A stretch of 64,000 nucleotides of DNA. Origin: an uncultured virus (IMG/VR IMGVR_UViG_3300021255_001403) (lineage: Duplodnaviria > Heunggongvirae > Uroviricota > Caudoviricetes). The stretch lies in IMG/VR virus record IMGVR_UViG_3300021255_001403; one strand, given 5' to 3'. Numbering within the stretch: the stretch's first letter is position 1; each line of letters starts with the position of its first letter. The notes beneath the pieces are model-generated. The model did no database searches, had not been told where the DNA came from, and saw only the letters and a list, made by a program, of their open reading frames with translations. A program made the position numbers and the translations under genes. Of this stretch, positions 39,978 through 50,224 are shown one piece after another.

Positions 39978-40077
39978 TTTTAGTTAAAACCATTTATTTA
40001 CTTTAGGAGGCAAACCCAATACAATATAGCGTAAACTACTTCTCACTAGTAATTATTTTTAAACCCTATATCATATT
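39946..40077 (-). ncRNA. Putative late sRNA with CCUCCU anti-SD motif
   Basis: Promoter AACA-TTAAAG-TA (40088-40077) and terminator with no ORF between. Confidence 0.4.
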
Positions 40078-40090
40078 ACTTTAATGTTTC

Positions 40091-40128
40091 AAAAAAAAAT
40101 AAACCTGAGATATTAATCTCAGGTTATT
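40091..40128 (-). terminator. Terminator closing the minus-strand sRNA array
   Basis: AACCTGAGAT/ATCTCAGGTT stem, A9 on plus = U9 tail on minus. Confidence 0.7.
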
Positions 40129-40157
40129 TAAAAAGAATTGTGATAATAATTATGAGC

Positions 40158-40306
40158 TTAATAATGGTATGAAACTTTTATGCCCAAACATCAAAGGAGA
40201 AGTTCATATATAACACCACAATATTATGAACGGAGATAACCACCATGAGTATGCTTGCTATGGACTCGACCAAACCATAACAAACGATGTTTCATACCAT
40301 TGTTAA
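40158..40306 (-). ncRNA. Panhandle sRNA unit 1
   Basis: 18-bp terminal inverted repeat (40158-40175/40289-40306, 1 mismatch), internal hairpin, two UCUCC motifs. Confidence 0.55.
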
Positions 40307-40318
40307 ACTAATAATAAA

Positions 40319-40424
40319 TATAATAATACTATGAATGAATCGAGCCATAATGACACCGCTATGTATGCAAGCCAAGGAGATGATTTACTTACACAAAAGA
40401 AGATCCATTCATAGTATTATTATA
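40319..40424 (-). ncRNA. Panhandle sRNA unit 2
   Basis: 23-bp inverted repeat (40319-40341/40402-40424; single G-U on minus); AUCAUCUCCUU in loop. Confidence 0.55.
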
Positions 40425-40439
40425 ATTACTATAATAATA

Positions 40440-40612
40440 TAATAAGATACATAAGCAATGTGGAATCCAATCCATTAAGCAAGATCATAGTTTGTCCGTC
40501 CATTCACTTACCATCTGGAAATTGTATGTGTATTTTCAATACTCTTTAAATATTTAGCGTTCTTTTAATTCTTCGCTATAAGAATAGAGGTTTGTACTTA
40601 TGTATCTTATTA
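40440..40612 (-). ncRNA. Panhandle sRNA unit 3
   Basis: Perfect 16-bp inverted repeat (40440-40455/40597-40612); early-type promoter 40630-40612 abuts it. Confidence 0.55.
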
Positions 40613-40636
40613 CACTATTATAGTATATAACTAAAA

Positions 40637-40761
40637 ATAAGTTTAGTATAGCTAGGTTTTGAAAGGAGAACTTAAAACCAATATTACCCTTACCCAACTA
40701 ATAATATTGGAGTTTGTGTGTGTAGTGAAATTGTATTTATGCCCTAGCTATACTAACTTAT
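40637..40761 (-). ncRNA. Panhandle sRNA unit 4
   Basis: 14-bp perfect core (40643-40656/40743-40756) extendable with a bulge; late-type promoter AACA-ATATGA-TA places +1 at 40759; UUCUCCUUUC in loop. Confidence 0.55.
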
Positions 40762-40855
40762 CATATTGTTATACGTGTTGTAATTTTTTAATTTTCGCAA
40801 TGATAAACTAAGATATTCTAATTATATATTATAGTAGTGAAAGGAGGCGATTAAG

Positions 40856-40954
40856 ATGGGTGATATCGTTATGGGTATCGTAATCATCTTTGCTGTATAT
40901 GCAACCTGGATGATGATAGGCTACAGATTAGAAGAATCAGAACGCAACCAGTAA
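40856..40954 (+). CDS. 32-aa early single-TM peptide MGDIVMGIVIIFAVYATWMMIGYRLEESERNQ
   Basis: Early-type promoter 40822-40840; SD AAGGAGG. Confidence 0.65.
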   Translation: MGDIVMGIVIIFAVYATWMMIGYRLEESERNQ

Positions 40955-40985
40955 TCACATTTAAAAAAAGAAAGGAGGTGATTAC

Positions 40986-41105
40986 ATGGTAACCATCGAA
41001 CAGGTTAATGGAGGTTTCAAGATTCACTGGCTTAATATGACCAGTGGAGTTATGAGTGCTAAGAGCCTTATGGAGTTACTGAACTCCTATCACTACAACA
41101 AATAA
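40986..41105 (+). CDS. 39-aa early peptide MVTIEQVNGGFKIHWLNMTSGVMSAKSLMELLNSYHYNK
   Basis: SD AAGGAGGTGA; terminator 41103-41140. Confidence 0.65.
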   Translation: MVTIEQVNGGFKIHWLNMTSGVMSAKSLMELLNSYHYNK

Positions 41106-41140
41106 AAAAGATGGGGATATTGACTCCCCATCTTTTTTTG

Positions 41141-42277
41141 TTATATTTTACTTAAATCTATTGGATTTGTTGTACCAAAGTATGTATTCACTATATCATA
41201 TAATGCTTGAGGATCATTCAGATCTTTTAAGAAGATAGACTCTATTGATTCTGGTAATTCTCTATAGAGTTTTAATTGGTATGCTATATCTATAGCACAA
41301 TACCTACTAGCAATTTCTTCTTTAGTAATGAATACATTCTTTTTTGCTGTATCCACTATAGCATTATAGATAGACTCTGGTGTTACTACCATCTGTGTAT
41401 TCTTAATATAACTCAGTATCTTTATTGCTTGGGAATAGTTGAATAAACCTTTTACATCTCTGCATTGTAATCCGGTTAATATCATAAATGGACTAACCCA
41501 AGACTGAGGTATATCAAAAGTATCGTTATTAGTAGTATCTTTCTTTTTAGTTCTAAGTATATAAGCAAATAAAGCATTATTATAATTAAAACTAAAAGAT
41601 GTATCTTCTAATACACTAAGCTCTTTATTTACTGTAGACTTCTTGAAGAATACTTTAGTATTAGGAAGAATAGTCGGTAATTGGAAAGAATATTCTGAGC
41701 AAGTTATAAATATACTTGGGATATCTAAACCATTTCTAGTGAATTTATCTATTAAATCAGCAGCTATTACTGTAGGTTCTACTGTACCTAATTTAAGATA
41801 AACTCCTGGTATATATGGAAATAAAGTCTTCATTAGTTCTATATTATGATCTATAACAGACTTTATTGGAGAACTATTTATAAGACTTATATTCTTATTA
41901 TTATATCCAGATATGAACCTATAGGAATTAGAACTGTCATTAGAAGAGTATATGACGAATATATTACTCTTTATACCACACTTCTTAAAGAAATTCCTAT
42001 AATGTAAAGGCATATTTACCATAGTAGCTAATACACCAAAAGGGTCTACGATATCATTAAACTTGTATAGAGGCATTATTAGTTGTGAGAAATCTATAAA
42101 TACATTCACCTCAGTAATAGGATTGGGGAATTCTAAGCTACAAAGCTTATTAAGCTGAATATATTTTATAAATCTCCCATATAACTTTGCTTCTGATATA
42201 CTATTAAATGCACTATTACTAAAAGTTTCATCATGCATTCTTTTATTAGCATTGCTCAATTGATGTGATTGTATCAA
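41141..42277 (-). CDS. Conserved-looking jumbo-phage protein, possibly PIN/FEN (T4 RNase H)-like fold
   Basis: VNVFIDF, HYRNFF, VEPTVIA, ILTG..VKG; tentative. Confidence 0.45.
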   Translation of the reverse strand: MIQSHQLSNANKRMHDETFSNSAFNSISEAKLYGRFIKYIQLNKLCSLEFPNPITEVNVFIDFSQLIMPLYKFNDIVDPFGVLATMVNMPLHYRNFFKKCGIKSNIFVIYSSNDSSNSYRFISGYNNKNISLINSSPIKSVIDHNIELMKTLFPYIPGVYLKLGTVEPTVIAADLIDKFTRNGLDIPSIFITCSEYSFQLPTILPNTKVFFKKSTVNKELSVLEDTSFSFNYNNALFAYILRTKKKDTTNNDTFDIPQSWVSPFMILTGLQCRDVKGLFNYSQAIKILSYIKNTQMVVTPESIYNAIVDTAKKNVFITKEEIASRYCAIDIAYQLKLYRELPESIESIFLKDLNDPQALYDIVNTYFGTTNPIDLSKI

Positions 42278-42779
42278 GATTCGGCGTACTCGGACTTAAG
42301 TCGCCTAACCCCCCTCCTCCTATCCCACCACCTGGTAAGAATCTTAGACAGGTATTATTAAATAATCGTGTTTTAACGCAATTATCACAAATACGTGAAA
42401 ACATGATTATGGATGGATGATTCTGTGATGTACCACAATTAATACAAGTAAATGGTAACTTTTCAGCTTTCCACATTCTTTTTTGGCATGTATCACATAT
42501 CATAGCCTTTACATGCTTAGGATTAACTGAAGTGACTTTATCACAAATTACACAATGATACCACCAACGTCTAGCAGGTTTAGGTATATCTTGCTCATCA
42601 TAGATACAGTTTTCAAATATGCATCTACCATAAGCATCTTTGTATTTACAACTTTTATGGATACCATCTTCATTAGTTTCTTCCTTTGTACGTTTACATA
42701 ATTCAAATGACTCCATAGCCACATCTTGACCATCACCACGTAATTCTTTATTACTAGTGGCGCTATCCATTAAAGCCAT
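42246..42779 (-). CDS. Cys-rich zinc-binding protein
   Basis: CVIC, CDTC, CINC, CDNC; SD GAGGGGGTGA. Confidence 0.7.
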   Translation of the reverse strand: MALMDSATSNKELRGDGQDVAMESFELCKRTKEETNEDGIHKSCKYKDAYGRCIFENCIYDEQDIPKPARRWWYHCVICDKVTSVNPKHVKAMICDTCQKRMWKAEKLPFTCINCGTSQNHPSIIMFSRICDNCVKTRLFNNTCLRFLPGGGIGGGGLGDLSPSTPNLDTITSIEQC

Positions 42780-43036
42780 TTTTTCACCCCCTCATTATTA
42801 TTATGCTTTTTAACACACACTTTTACCTTATGTAACCTATAAAAGAAGAGTAATTCTTGCATTATTACAACTAATGCTGTCATTACTATGAAAATGATTA
42901 ATAATAAAAATATCCATAAAATCTCTTCTTGATAAAGGTTAATAAAATGGGACACCAGAAAAACTCCTTTGTAAAGAAATATACACATAAAAATAGACTG
43001 CTAAGTATTACTTAGCAGTCCATAGAATAATTAATT

Positions 43037-43453
43037 TTATTCAGATAGCATTAATGCTTTGGGATCTAAAAACTCTTCATCTTCATTAGCCTCAAATTCA
43101 GTATTCTTAGCTTCCATAACTTTTTCCATACCGATATTTTTAACCAACGATTCTTCAAAATCAGGTCTATCCTTAATAGAGCTAATTACTTTGGTAGTAT
43201 TACCATAACCCAATTTAGCCATAGATTCTACTAATTCATTGGGACCATCTTCAGTCATAAAGGTATAACCTCTACTAGCTGTTTCTTTTCCTTCTGAATC
43301 AAGATTCCATTTACGTAATTCAAGTTTGGGTGCTCTATTACCCCAACTTATCTTACGAATCATACCAACTGTATTACCCTTTTCTTCGAATACTACATCA
43401 GGACTACCATCTACTACAGTAAATTCTATTGGACCACCTTTTTTGAAAGACAT
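43037..43453 (-). CDS. PC4/YdbC-like ssDNA-binding protein
   Basis: IRKISWGNRAPKLELRKW...RGYTF matches PC4 pattern; SD AGGAGG. Confidence 0.7.
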   Translation of the reverse strand: MSFKKGGPIEFTVVDGSPDVVFEEKGNTVGMIRKISWGNRAPKLELRKWNLDSEGKETASRGYTFMTEDGPNELVESMAKLGYGNTTKVISSIKDRPDFEESLVKNIGMEKVMEAKNTEFEANEDEEFLDPKALMLSE

Positions 43454-43621
43454 AATACTTCCTCCTAACTAGATATTCATTTATAATGGGATTATATTGT
43501 AATCTACCAATAACGATATAAGATGAATTAGTGTTGAGGGTATTGTGCATAATGATAAAAATACAATTAAAAATACTATAAAATTCTTTACTATCTTTAA
43601 GATTTCCATTTTTTATAATAA

Positions 43622-44068
43622 TTATCTTTCCTCAACCGAACAACATAAAGTCCTATCATATTCTTCTCCAGAGAACTCTATCTCTTTTAAGAAATTGATA
43701 ATTTCTTCAATATTTTCTCTATAACTCTTCTGTATATCATCTACGATATCAGGATCTTTCTCTTTCTTACTAAAATATTTCTTTATAGCAGCACTATTCT
43801 TACAATGCCTGATAATGGATTTAATATCTTCCTCATCCAAAAGGAAATAGAATTCTCCATCATCATTACTATCTAACTCTATACCTTCGTCTTTACATTT
43901 CTCTTTATAAATGTTTTTAATCAAAGGCATAAGATAATCAGCATATGAATAATCAAATACACATAACTCTTCACCAATGGCATCATCCCAAATAAATTCA
44001 TCTTCTGCGACTGTAACTGAATTATCCCAAAAGTTTTGATCTGCCATACAAATACTAATCTCTTTCAT
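43622..44068 (-). CDS. Acidic hypothetical protein
   Basis: SD GAGGG. Confidence 0.65.
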   Translation of the reverse strand: MKEISICMADQNFWDNSVTVAEDEFIWDDAIGEELCVFDYSYADYLMPLIKNIYKEKCKDEGIELDSNDDGEFYFLLDEEDIKSIIRHCKNSAAIKKYFSKKEKDPDIVDDIQKSYRENIEEIINFLKEIEFSGEEYDRTLCCSVEER

Positions 44069-44164
44069 AAAACCCTCTTCTTTTCTATCTTTAATAATTT
44101 TTACAAAAAATAGATAGAGGGAATGAACCCTCTATCTACCTTTTCCTACTTAAGTGTAAACTGA

Positions 44165-44956
44165 TTACATATTATCAGTTACAATACCAAGCGGATTGTC
44201 TCCACCAAACGAGATGCCCATATCAGATGCGACATCCTGCAGGTCTTTAGTATTAGTACGCTGCAGAGTGAGCATCCACTTGGACTCGATGTTGCCATTC
44301 GGAGTAATAACCGGATTAATCGGTTTCAGATTCGGGATATTGTATACATAATATCCACCGTTTTCCGTAGTGGAACCATATACCAGCTTCAGCACTTTGT
44401 TCAGGTCAACCATAACCTGAAGATAAATGGTCTGCTGTGCAGTGAAGTTATTACGTACAGAAGTTTCCTTCATGCACGCATTCCAATTAACCTTACCAGT
44501 GTTATAGTTGATAAAGTTATTGGGAATAACGTCAACCAACAGTTCCTTAGCTTCTTCCGAAAGCTCATAGGTTTTTCTATTGGACGAAATCAGGTTATTG
44601 ATTGCTGCAATGGAATCTTTATTATTCCGAGCAACATTAATAACCGAATCATACTTACCAATATTCGGTTCAGCTTTCTGACCCTTATCCGTGAAGAATA
44701 AAGTAGTCACAATCTGGCGAGTATTGGTTACCGAGATATCGGAACCCTGATAGTTTACGAACAAACTGTTCATCAAACTATTAATCATACGGCAGATATC
44801 AGTGCTAGATAAACACGTGAGTTCCATCAATGACGGAAACGGCGACGGAGTTACAGCAATCTGCTTGCGAGTGCCATTCTTAATCTTTTCCGCAAGTTCT
44901 TTCTCCTTTTCCCGCTGACTCTGGCTCTGGTTTTCGTTGTTCTGGAATGTAGACAT
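44165..44956 (-). CDS. Probably highly expressed hypothetical protein
   Basis: SD GAGGAGG before ATG 44956; GC-richer codon usage. Confidence 0.75.
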   Translation of the reverse strand: MSTFQNNENQSQSQREKEKELAEKIKNGTRKQIAVTPSPFPSLMELTCLSSTDICRMINSLMNSLFVNYQGSDISVTNTRQIVTTLFFTDKGQKAEPNIGKYDSVINVARNNKDSIAAINNLISSNRKTYELSEEAKELLVDVIPNNFINYNTGKVNWNACMKETSVRNNFTAQQTIYLQVMVDLNKVLKLVYGSTTENGGYYVYNIPNLKPINPVITPNGNIESKWMLTLQRTNTKDLQDVASDMGISFGGDNPLGIVTDNM

Positions 44957-45051
44957 TTGTGTGTCCTCCTCTAATATATTAGAAATATTTTGATGCATAT
45001 GGAAGAGAGCTCTTTCTTCCGCATCACGGCTATATAGAAAAGCATTTCTGC

Positions 45052-46119
45052 TTAACTACCAACATTTAAGAATCTTGATATTTCTTCTTGAGTCATTCCT
45101 GATTCTTCTTCGGTTAAATACATTATACTCTTTTCTTCAAAAGATAAAATCCATACTTTGTATTCTTTTTCATTTACTCTTTCTCTAATCATCACTATAT
45201 TGTATTTAGGATTTTCCTTTTTTAATATAGGTACTACCAATGTAGGATCTAACTCTGTGAATACTATTGTATCAGTATCTATAGTAGTATACTTATTGAT
45301 TGTATAGTTTGAAATACCAAGTTTTGTCATAGATTCTATACCATAACAATGTACACTATATATGAAATTGCATAATATACTAAATCTAGGATTACTTATA
45401 TCTCTATTCTCTAATATTTTTTTATCACTATGATCTAACTGTATCATATTACTCATAAAACTACACAATCCTAATATATAATCATTAAGATTATGTAATG
45501 CCTTATAAAATTTTACATCAGAATCTATATATTCAAATATAGATCTATTAAGACTTATGCACTTTATATAAGCTCTATATAAAATTTCTTCTATTTCTGG
45601 AGTTAGTATATATAATGGATTCATATTATAATCGTACATGTATAAATATACAATCTCTAATTCTTCACAATCAAAATTCTCTGGTATCGGAGAACCAAAA
45701 TAATCTAGATTATAAAACTCAGATTCTATACACAACCTGGGTTGTATTATACATTCTTTGTACTTATCATAACCTTTTCTTATAAAGTTTAATGGAAATA
45801 CTATATATCCTTTCTCCTTAACTTTATTCTGGAGATATGTATGGTAATGACTAATAGTCATTATATAAGAATACTCAATATTAGCATCTTTTATACGTTT
45901 TAAGGATATACAATAGTTTGGCATTACAGCAGTAAAATACTCATGGCATTCTCTTGCAGTTAAAAGTATATCTTCTCTATTATCAGATAAAGACTTTGCT
46001 ACTAAGGTATCTTTATCCAACTCTTTAACTACTTTTATTCTTTCTGGGAAATCTCTTTTCGAATTAAGATTATCCAACCATAATATCTTACCTACTGTAG
46101 CTTTGTGTTTTAACTCCAA
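45052..46119 (-). CDS. Hypothetical protein (TTG start)
   Basis: SD AAGGAGG; two early-type promoters upstream (46268-46257, 46206-46195). Confidence 0.7.
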   Translation of the reverse strand: MELKHKATVGKILWLDNLNSKRDFPERIKVVKELDKDTLVAKSLSDNREDILLTARECHEYFTAVMPNYCISLKRIKDANIEYSYIMTISHYHTYLQNKVKEKGYIVFPLNFIRKGYDKYKECIIQPRLCIESEFYNLDYFGSPIPENFDCEELEIVYLYMYDYNMNPLYILTPEIEEILYRAYIKCISLNRSIFEYIDSDVKFYKALHNLNDYILGLCSFMSNMIQLDHSDKKILENRDISNPRFSILCNFIYSVHCYGIESMTKLGISNYTINKYTTIDTDTIVFTELDPTLVVPILKKENPKYNIVMIRERVNEKEYKVWILSFEEKSIMYLTEEESGMTQEEISRFLNVGS

Positions 46120-46326
46120 GAAAAAATAGACCTCCTTTATAAATATATTTATAACTGATAATGAATCTCTCCAAAGAGAGATTCACTACATTATTATAGT
46201 ATATATTTATATATCACTTTATAAGATTCCTATATATTACATATACTACCATATCTATAGTATATAATTAAACAAAAATATAGAGAGTAGCCATTTAATA
46301 TGGCTACTCTATTGTTTATATGAATT

Positions 46327-48426
46327 TCACATTGGAATCTTAGTCTTAATGATTTCGAATAGTGCTTTAAACATAGCCCACATTCGTTCTATCATAGTCT
46401 TACTAATCTTAAGTACAGACTTATCGAATGGAGTTTGCTTATAATATTCGACGAAATCAAAACTGGGATCATTATCTAATATAGCAGCCATATACTTATT
46501 AAAGTCATTAAGTATAAAAGCTCTGGTTTTATAATAATAAGTAAGCTTTTCCTTATCTTGTATTTTCTTACGGGAATATATACGTTCTTCTATAAGAGTA
46601 TTCATATACCAAAGTTTAGCTACAAAATATTTCATAGCTTCAAAGTTTTTTACTCTGTGATAGTGTATAAGCATCTTATGGCATTTACTATATTCTACAG
46701 TAAAATTCATAGTCTTACTACGTTTAATAAATAAATTACCATCTTCATCAAACTCTACAGGAAGAGTAGTAACTTCTTGTACTGGTTGCATATTCAATAA
46801 TTCGAATGCTTTATCAGAACCAGTAATCTCTTCATACTCATCAAAAATCTCTAATTTAGTAAAACTATCTACTACGTCTTTATAAGTACCACAATCATTA
46901 AATAGATTAAATATAGATCCACCTATACTACCCTTTTTATTTCCTACCATAAATGGGTCATCTTTATCATTAAGTATACCATTCATAAGATTCATGGTAA
47001 ATAATTTCTTATTTGCTATCTTAGGTCTAGATGTAGTAGATTTGGATACTGATTTAAACGATTGAAATATATTACCCTTATTAAAATTTTCATACTTACT
47101 CATCTCAATTTTCTTCTTAGTATCGGGAGAAGTTTTAGAGTAATATACTGATACCGCTGGATAATCTAATTTATCAATAGCATCTTTAAGGTCTGCTTTA
47201 CTAGCTATTCTACCACCTACTAATTCATCCCAATTACTACTCTTAGTAGGATTGGTACTAACAAATACTCTACTCTCTTTACTTTCTTTTTTATCTGTAT
47301 TCAACTCATTAAGTATAACTACTGCTATACCAGACAATTCTTTATTGTCTTCATGTATAGTAGTAGGAGTAGATGTGAGATCTATAAAGTTAAAATTGCA
47401 ATTCTCTTTAAATACTTTATTAGACCTACTAGCTACAGTATCTTCTGAAATTTCATTTATCTTAAATGCTGGATTCCACCCAACACTAATAAGATCTTCT
47501 TTAGTGGATGACTCATCAGCTATTATACGTCTATATTCTTTATTAAAATTTATCGAAGACTTTATACCAACACACTTCTCACAATAACTTTCAAATAGTA
47601 TATTATCTTTTAACACTTCTTCATCTAATATACCTTCTATTTCCCATGGTAAAAAATATGGAGACTTACCTAAATAATTGGCATTCTCATTCGTCTTAAT
47701 CTTATTAATCACTACTTCTTTGGATTCATCATAGATAGACTTATCTACAACAGATTCAGGCTGACTCATATCTAATAACATAAGACTTTCTACTATATCA
47801 TTAGAGTTCATAATCTGTTCACTTACAGAACTCATCACTAAATCAGTCTCATATCTATCATCTTCATAAAAGTCACTATCTTCTTGTAGTATTCTGCCAT
47901 ATTCTTGGTAATAAACCTCTGATACTGGGAAACCATATATTTCTTTAGACTTTTCATCAGAGAATCTTCTATCTTCATAATTTTGGTTATTATACTTAAT
48001 CCAAGACTCATTTAACTGATATTTATCCAATGAATTCACTGGTATAAGTATAACATCATTATCTACCATACATGATTCTGCTAAACTATTTTTATAATCA
48101 CTTGGAGTATATTCATAATTAGCATCATAACCATTAATATCTTTATTTAAGAATCTACGACGATTGATTCTATATAACTCTTCACAGTTTTTATCAAATA
48201 GTAAATAAGATTTATGATTTGCAATCATTTTAAGAGAAAATGGGGATGCACTAAATGCATACCAATCATTCTTTAATTCTTCTTCATTTTCATAATAAGG
48301 TTTTATAAGTTTAAGACCAGGATATGTAGTTTCAAATCTTTTAACTTCTTTTAATTTATTATCATCTATAGTATTTTTAATTAGATCTCTACGACCTTCT
48401 AACAAATCTGAATTGTCGTATAACAT
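46327..48426 (-). CDS. Probable virion (head) protein with many hydrophobic-X-E motifs
   Basis: LLEG, LAES, LNES, IVES, LFES, IHED; SD AAGGAGG. Confidence 0.6.
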   Translation of the reverse strand: MLYDNSDLLEGRRDLIKNTIDDNKLKEVKRFETTYPGLKLIKPYYENEEELKNDWYAFSASPFSLKMIANHKSYLLFDKNCEELYRINRRRFLNKDINGYDANYEYTPSDYKNSLAESCMVDNDVILIPVNSLDKYQLNESWIKYNNQNYEDRRFSDEKSKEIYGFPVSEVYYQEYGRILQEDSDFYEDDRYETDLVMSSVSEQIMNSNDIVESLMLLDMSQPESVVDKSIYDESKEVVINKIKTNENANYLGKSPYFLPWEIEGILDEEVLKDNILFESYCEKCVGIKSSINFNKEYRRIIADESSTKEDLISVGWNPAFKINEISEDTVASRSNKVFKENCNFNFIDLTSTPTTIHEDNKELSGIAVVILNELNTDKKESKESRVFVSTNPTKSSNWDELVGGRIASKADLKDAIDKLDYPAVSVYYSKTSPDTKKKIEMSKYENFNKGNIFQSFKSVSKSTTSRPKIANKKLFTMNLMNGILNDKDDPFMVGNKKGSIGGSIFNLFNDCGTYKDVVDSFTKLEIFDEYEEITGSDKAFELLNMQPVQEVTTLPVEFDEDGNLFIKRSKTMNFTVEYSKCHKMLIHYHRVKNFEAMKYFVAKLWYMNTLIEERIYSRKKIQDKEKLTYYYKTRAFILNDFNKYMAAILDNDPSFDFVEYYKQTPFDKSVLKISKTMIERMWAMFKALFEIIKTKIPM

Positions 48427-48470
48427 GTGTATTTTTCCCTCCTTACTAGAGTATTTATATAAATCTCCTT

Positions 48471-49112
48471 TTATCTATTATTCATAATATCATTTAACTC
48501 TTCTGTGATGATATCTAACTTTTCTTGTATTTCAGTAGAAGATAATAATGGAAAGATAGTACTAAAATCTTCTTCATCACCTATTATTTTTTCTCCCATA
48601 GGATAATGAGAATCCTTTTTCATTTTAATAGAATTAAACTCTCTTTCGAGATTTCCTGCATCAGCTGATAATTCTTTACTTAGTTTATCTAAATATACTC
48701 TTTCTAATAATGGGTCATAATCAGCTTGATCTGGAGACAATAACTCATGCCCAGTAAATACTTCATATATATACCCAGGTTTATGTATTGGTCTTTCTTC
48801 ATATGGTAAAGAAACTTCATTTATCAATCTATCCCATATTTCGTCAACAGCACTACTTTGTACAAGATATATACTACTGCTACAATTAAAAAAAGTCTTC
48901 CCTCCGAAGTATTCGTCATCTTTTCGTTTAGCACAAATTTTCCCACAGGCATCAATCCCAAGAAGACTGTTATTATCAATAGATCTTGTTGCCACATATG
49001 AACCCCAACCTCCTGACAAATCCTTATCCGGACTAGTATTTATTATAATGGCATCTCCTTTAGCCGCTCCTACCATAGGATTCATAGCTGCCAATGCCAT
49101 AGCTTCATTCAT
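48471..49112 (-). CDS. Hypothetical late protein
   Basis: Late-type promoter CACA-N6-TA at 49153-49142; SD AAGGAGG. Confidence 0.7.
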   Translation of the reverse strand: MNEAMALAAMNPMVGAAKGDAIIINTSPDKDLSGGWGSYVATRSIDNNSLLGIDACGKICAKRKDDEYFGGKTFFNCSSSIYLVQSSAVDEIWDRLINEVSLPYEERPIHKPGYIYEVFTGHELLSPDQADYDPLLERVYLDKLSKELSADAGNLEREFNSIKMKKDSHYPMGEKIIGDEEDFSTIFPLLSSTEIQEKLDIITEELNDIMNNR

Positions 49113-49228
49113 TTCAAAAGACCTCCTTTTCTATTTCAGTTTACCATTATGTGCCGGTTATTATGTAATTTTTAAGAGCAAATACAAAATGATAATCTTA
49201 TATATAGATAAAGAGGTGAGTATTTAAT

Positions 49229-49669
49229 ATGCCCACAGAGAGACAAAAAGAAAATAATAATATAAAAGAATATTTTATAGGATTGAATGAATTAGGCTTA
49301 CCTAAAGTATATGATATGAGTAAGATAGAGCCAGGTAAACTTAATTCGGCTATAATATTAATTACTAAACTTATACTAATGCGTAAAGGCACTATAGCTG
49401 ATATACCAGATATGGGAGTAGATATAAGAGGTAGATATAGATTCTCTTTTGAAGAAGAATTAACGATGTTACAAGCAGATATACAAGCACAAATAGAAGC
49501 ATATCTACCAGAGTTTATTCCTGTAAATGTAGCAGCATATTTTGAAAGAGATAGAAATGGATATCCTGGAGTAGCTATAGTAATTATAATCAATAAAACT
49601 GCTTATAGAGTTCTTTATAGTATAGAGAAGAATACTATAGAAGGAATAACTAGTGGATTTGAAGGATGA
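49229..49669 (+). CDS. Baseplate wedge / sheath initiator, gp25/GPW-like
   Basis: LILMRKGTIADIPDMGVDI...IQAQIEAYLPE. Confidence 0.75.
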   Translation: MPTERQKENNNIKEYFIGLNELGLPKVYDMSKIEPGKLNSAIILITKLILMRKGTIADIPDMGVDIRGRYRFSFEEELTMLQADIQAQIEAYLPEFIPVNVAAYFERDRNGYPGVAIVIIINKTAYRVLYSIEKNTIEGITSGFEG

Positions 49670-49675
49670 TGTAGA

Positions 49676-50224
49676 ATGATTGTATTTTATATTAGGAAAA
49701 ATGATTGGAGAAAAGAGATAAGATTCATTGATAAAGATAAATTTAATAAAGATACAATGGAACTTTTTGAAATAGATGAAGATGAATTGGAAAAGATTAA
49801 TGATGAATTCTCTAGATGTAATACATGGATTCATGTAACTAAAAAAGATGATCCAGATTTCAAATCTCATCTTATTCAGAAAAATAAATTTGACCCTAGA
49901 ACTATGAATATAGTATGGCAGTCTAAAGAAGAGATTAAACAATCTGAAATCAATATCAAAGATATGCTTAAGAATAAAGAGTGTCCAGGAATGCATGTAG
50001 CAATTACTGAGACCTCTGTATTCCATAAAGGAAAATTAGATGAAGGTGCAATGGAAAATCTTTTAGATACTGGTTTAGATAGTGCTAAGAAACGTGCTGT
50101 AGAAACTAGTAAAAAGAGAGGTCATGCATATAATAAGAATTATAAGAATCGCTGGGTAAGGAGGAAGAATACCAATGGCAGAAGAAAAAGAACTTACGCT
50201 GGAGGATTTGGGGCTAAAAAATGA
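49676..50224 (+). CDS. Hypothetical protein with basic C-terminus
   Basis: Operon context. Confidence 0.6.
   Translation: MIVFYIRKNDWRKEIRFIDKDKFNKDTMELFEIDEDELEKINDEFSRCNTWIHVTKKDDPDFKSHLIQKNKFDPRTMNIVWQSKEEIKQSEINIKDMLKNKECPGMHVAITETSVFHKGKLDEGAMENLLDTGLDSAKKRAVETSKKRGHAYNKNYKNRWVRRKNTNGRRKRTYAGGFGAKK

Noticed and set aside
40141..40770. CRISPR or mini-CRISPR array
   Set aside because: Units are bounded by inverted repeats unique to each unit; no shared direct repeat with regular spacers
42770..42988. Small membrane protein CDS
   Set aside because: Possible, but start and SD are unclear and hydrophobic ORFs arise by chance in T-rich strands; not listed as a feature
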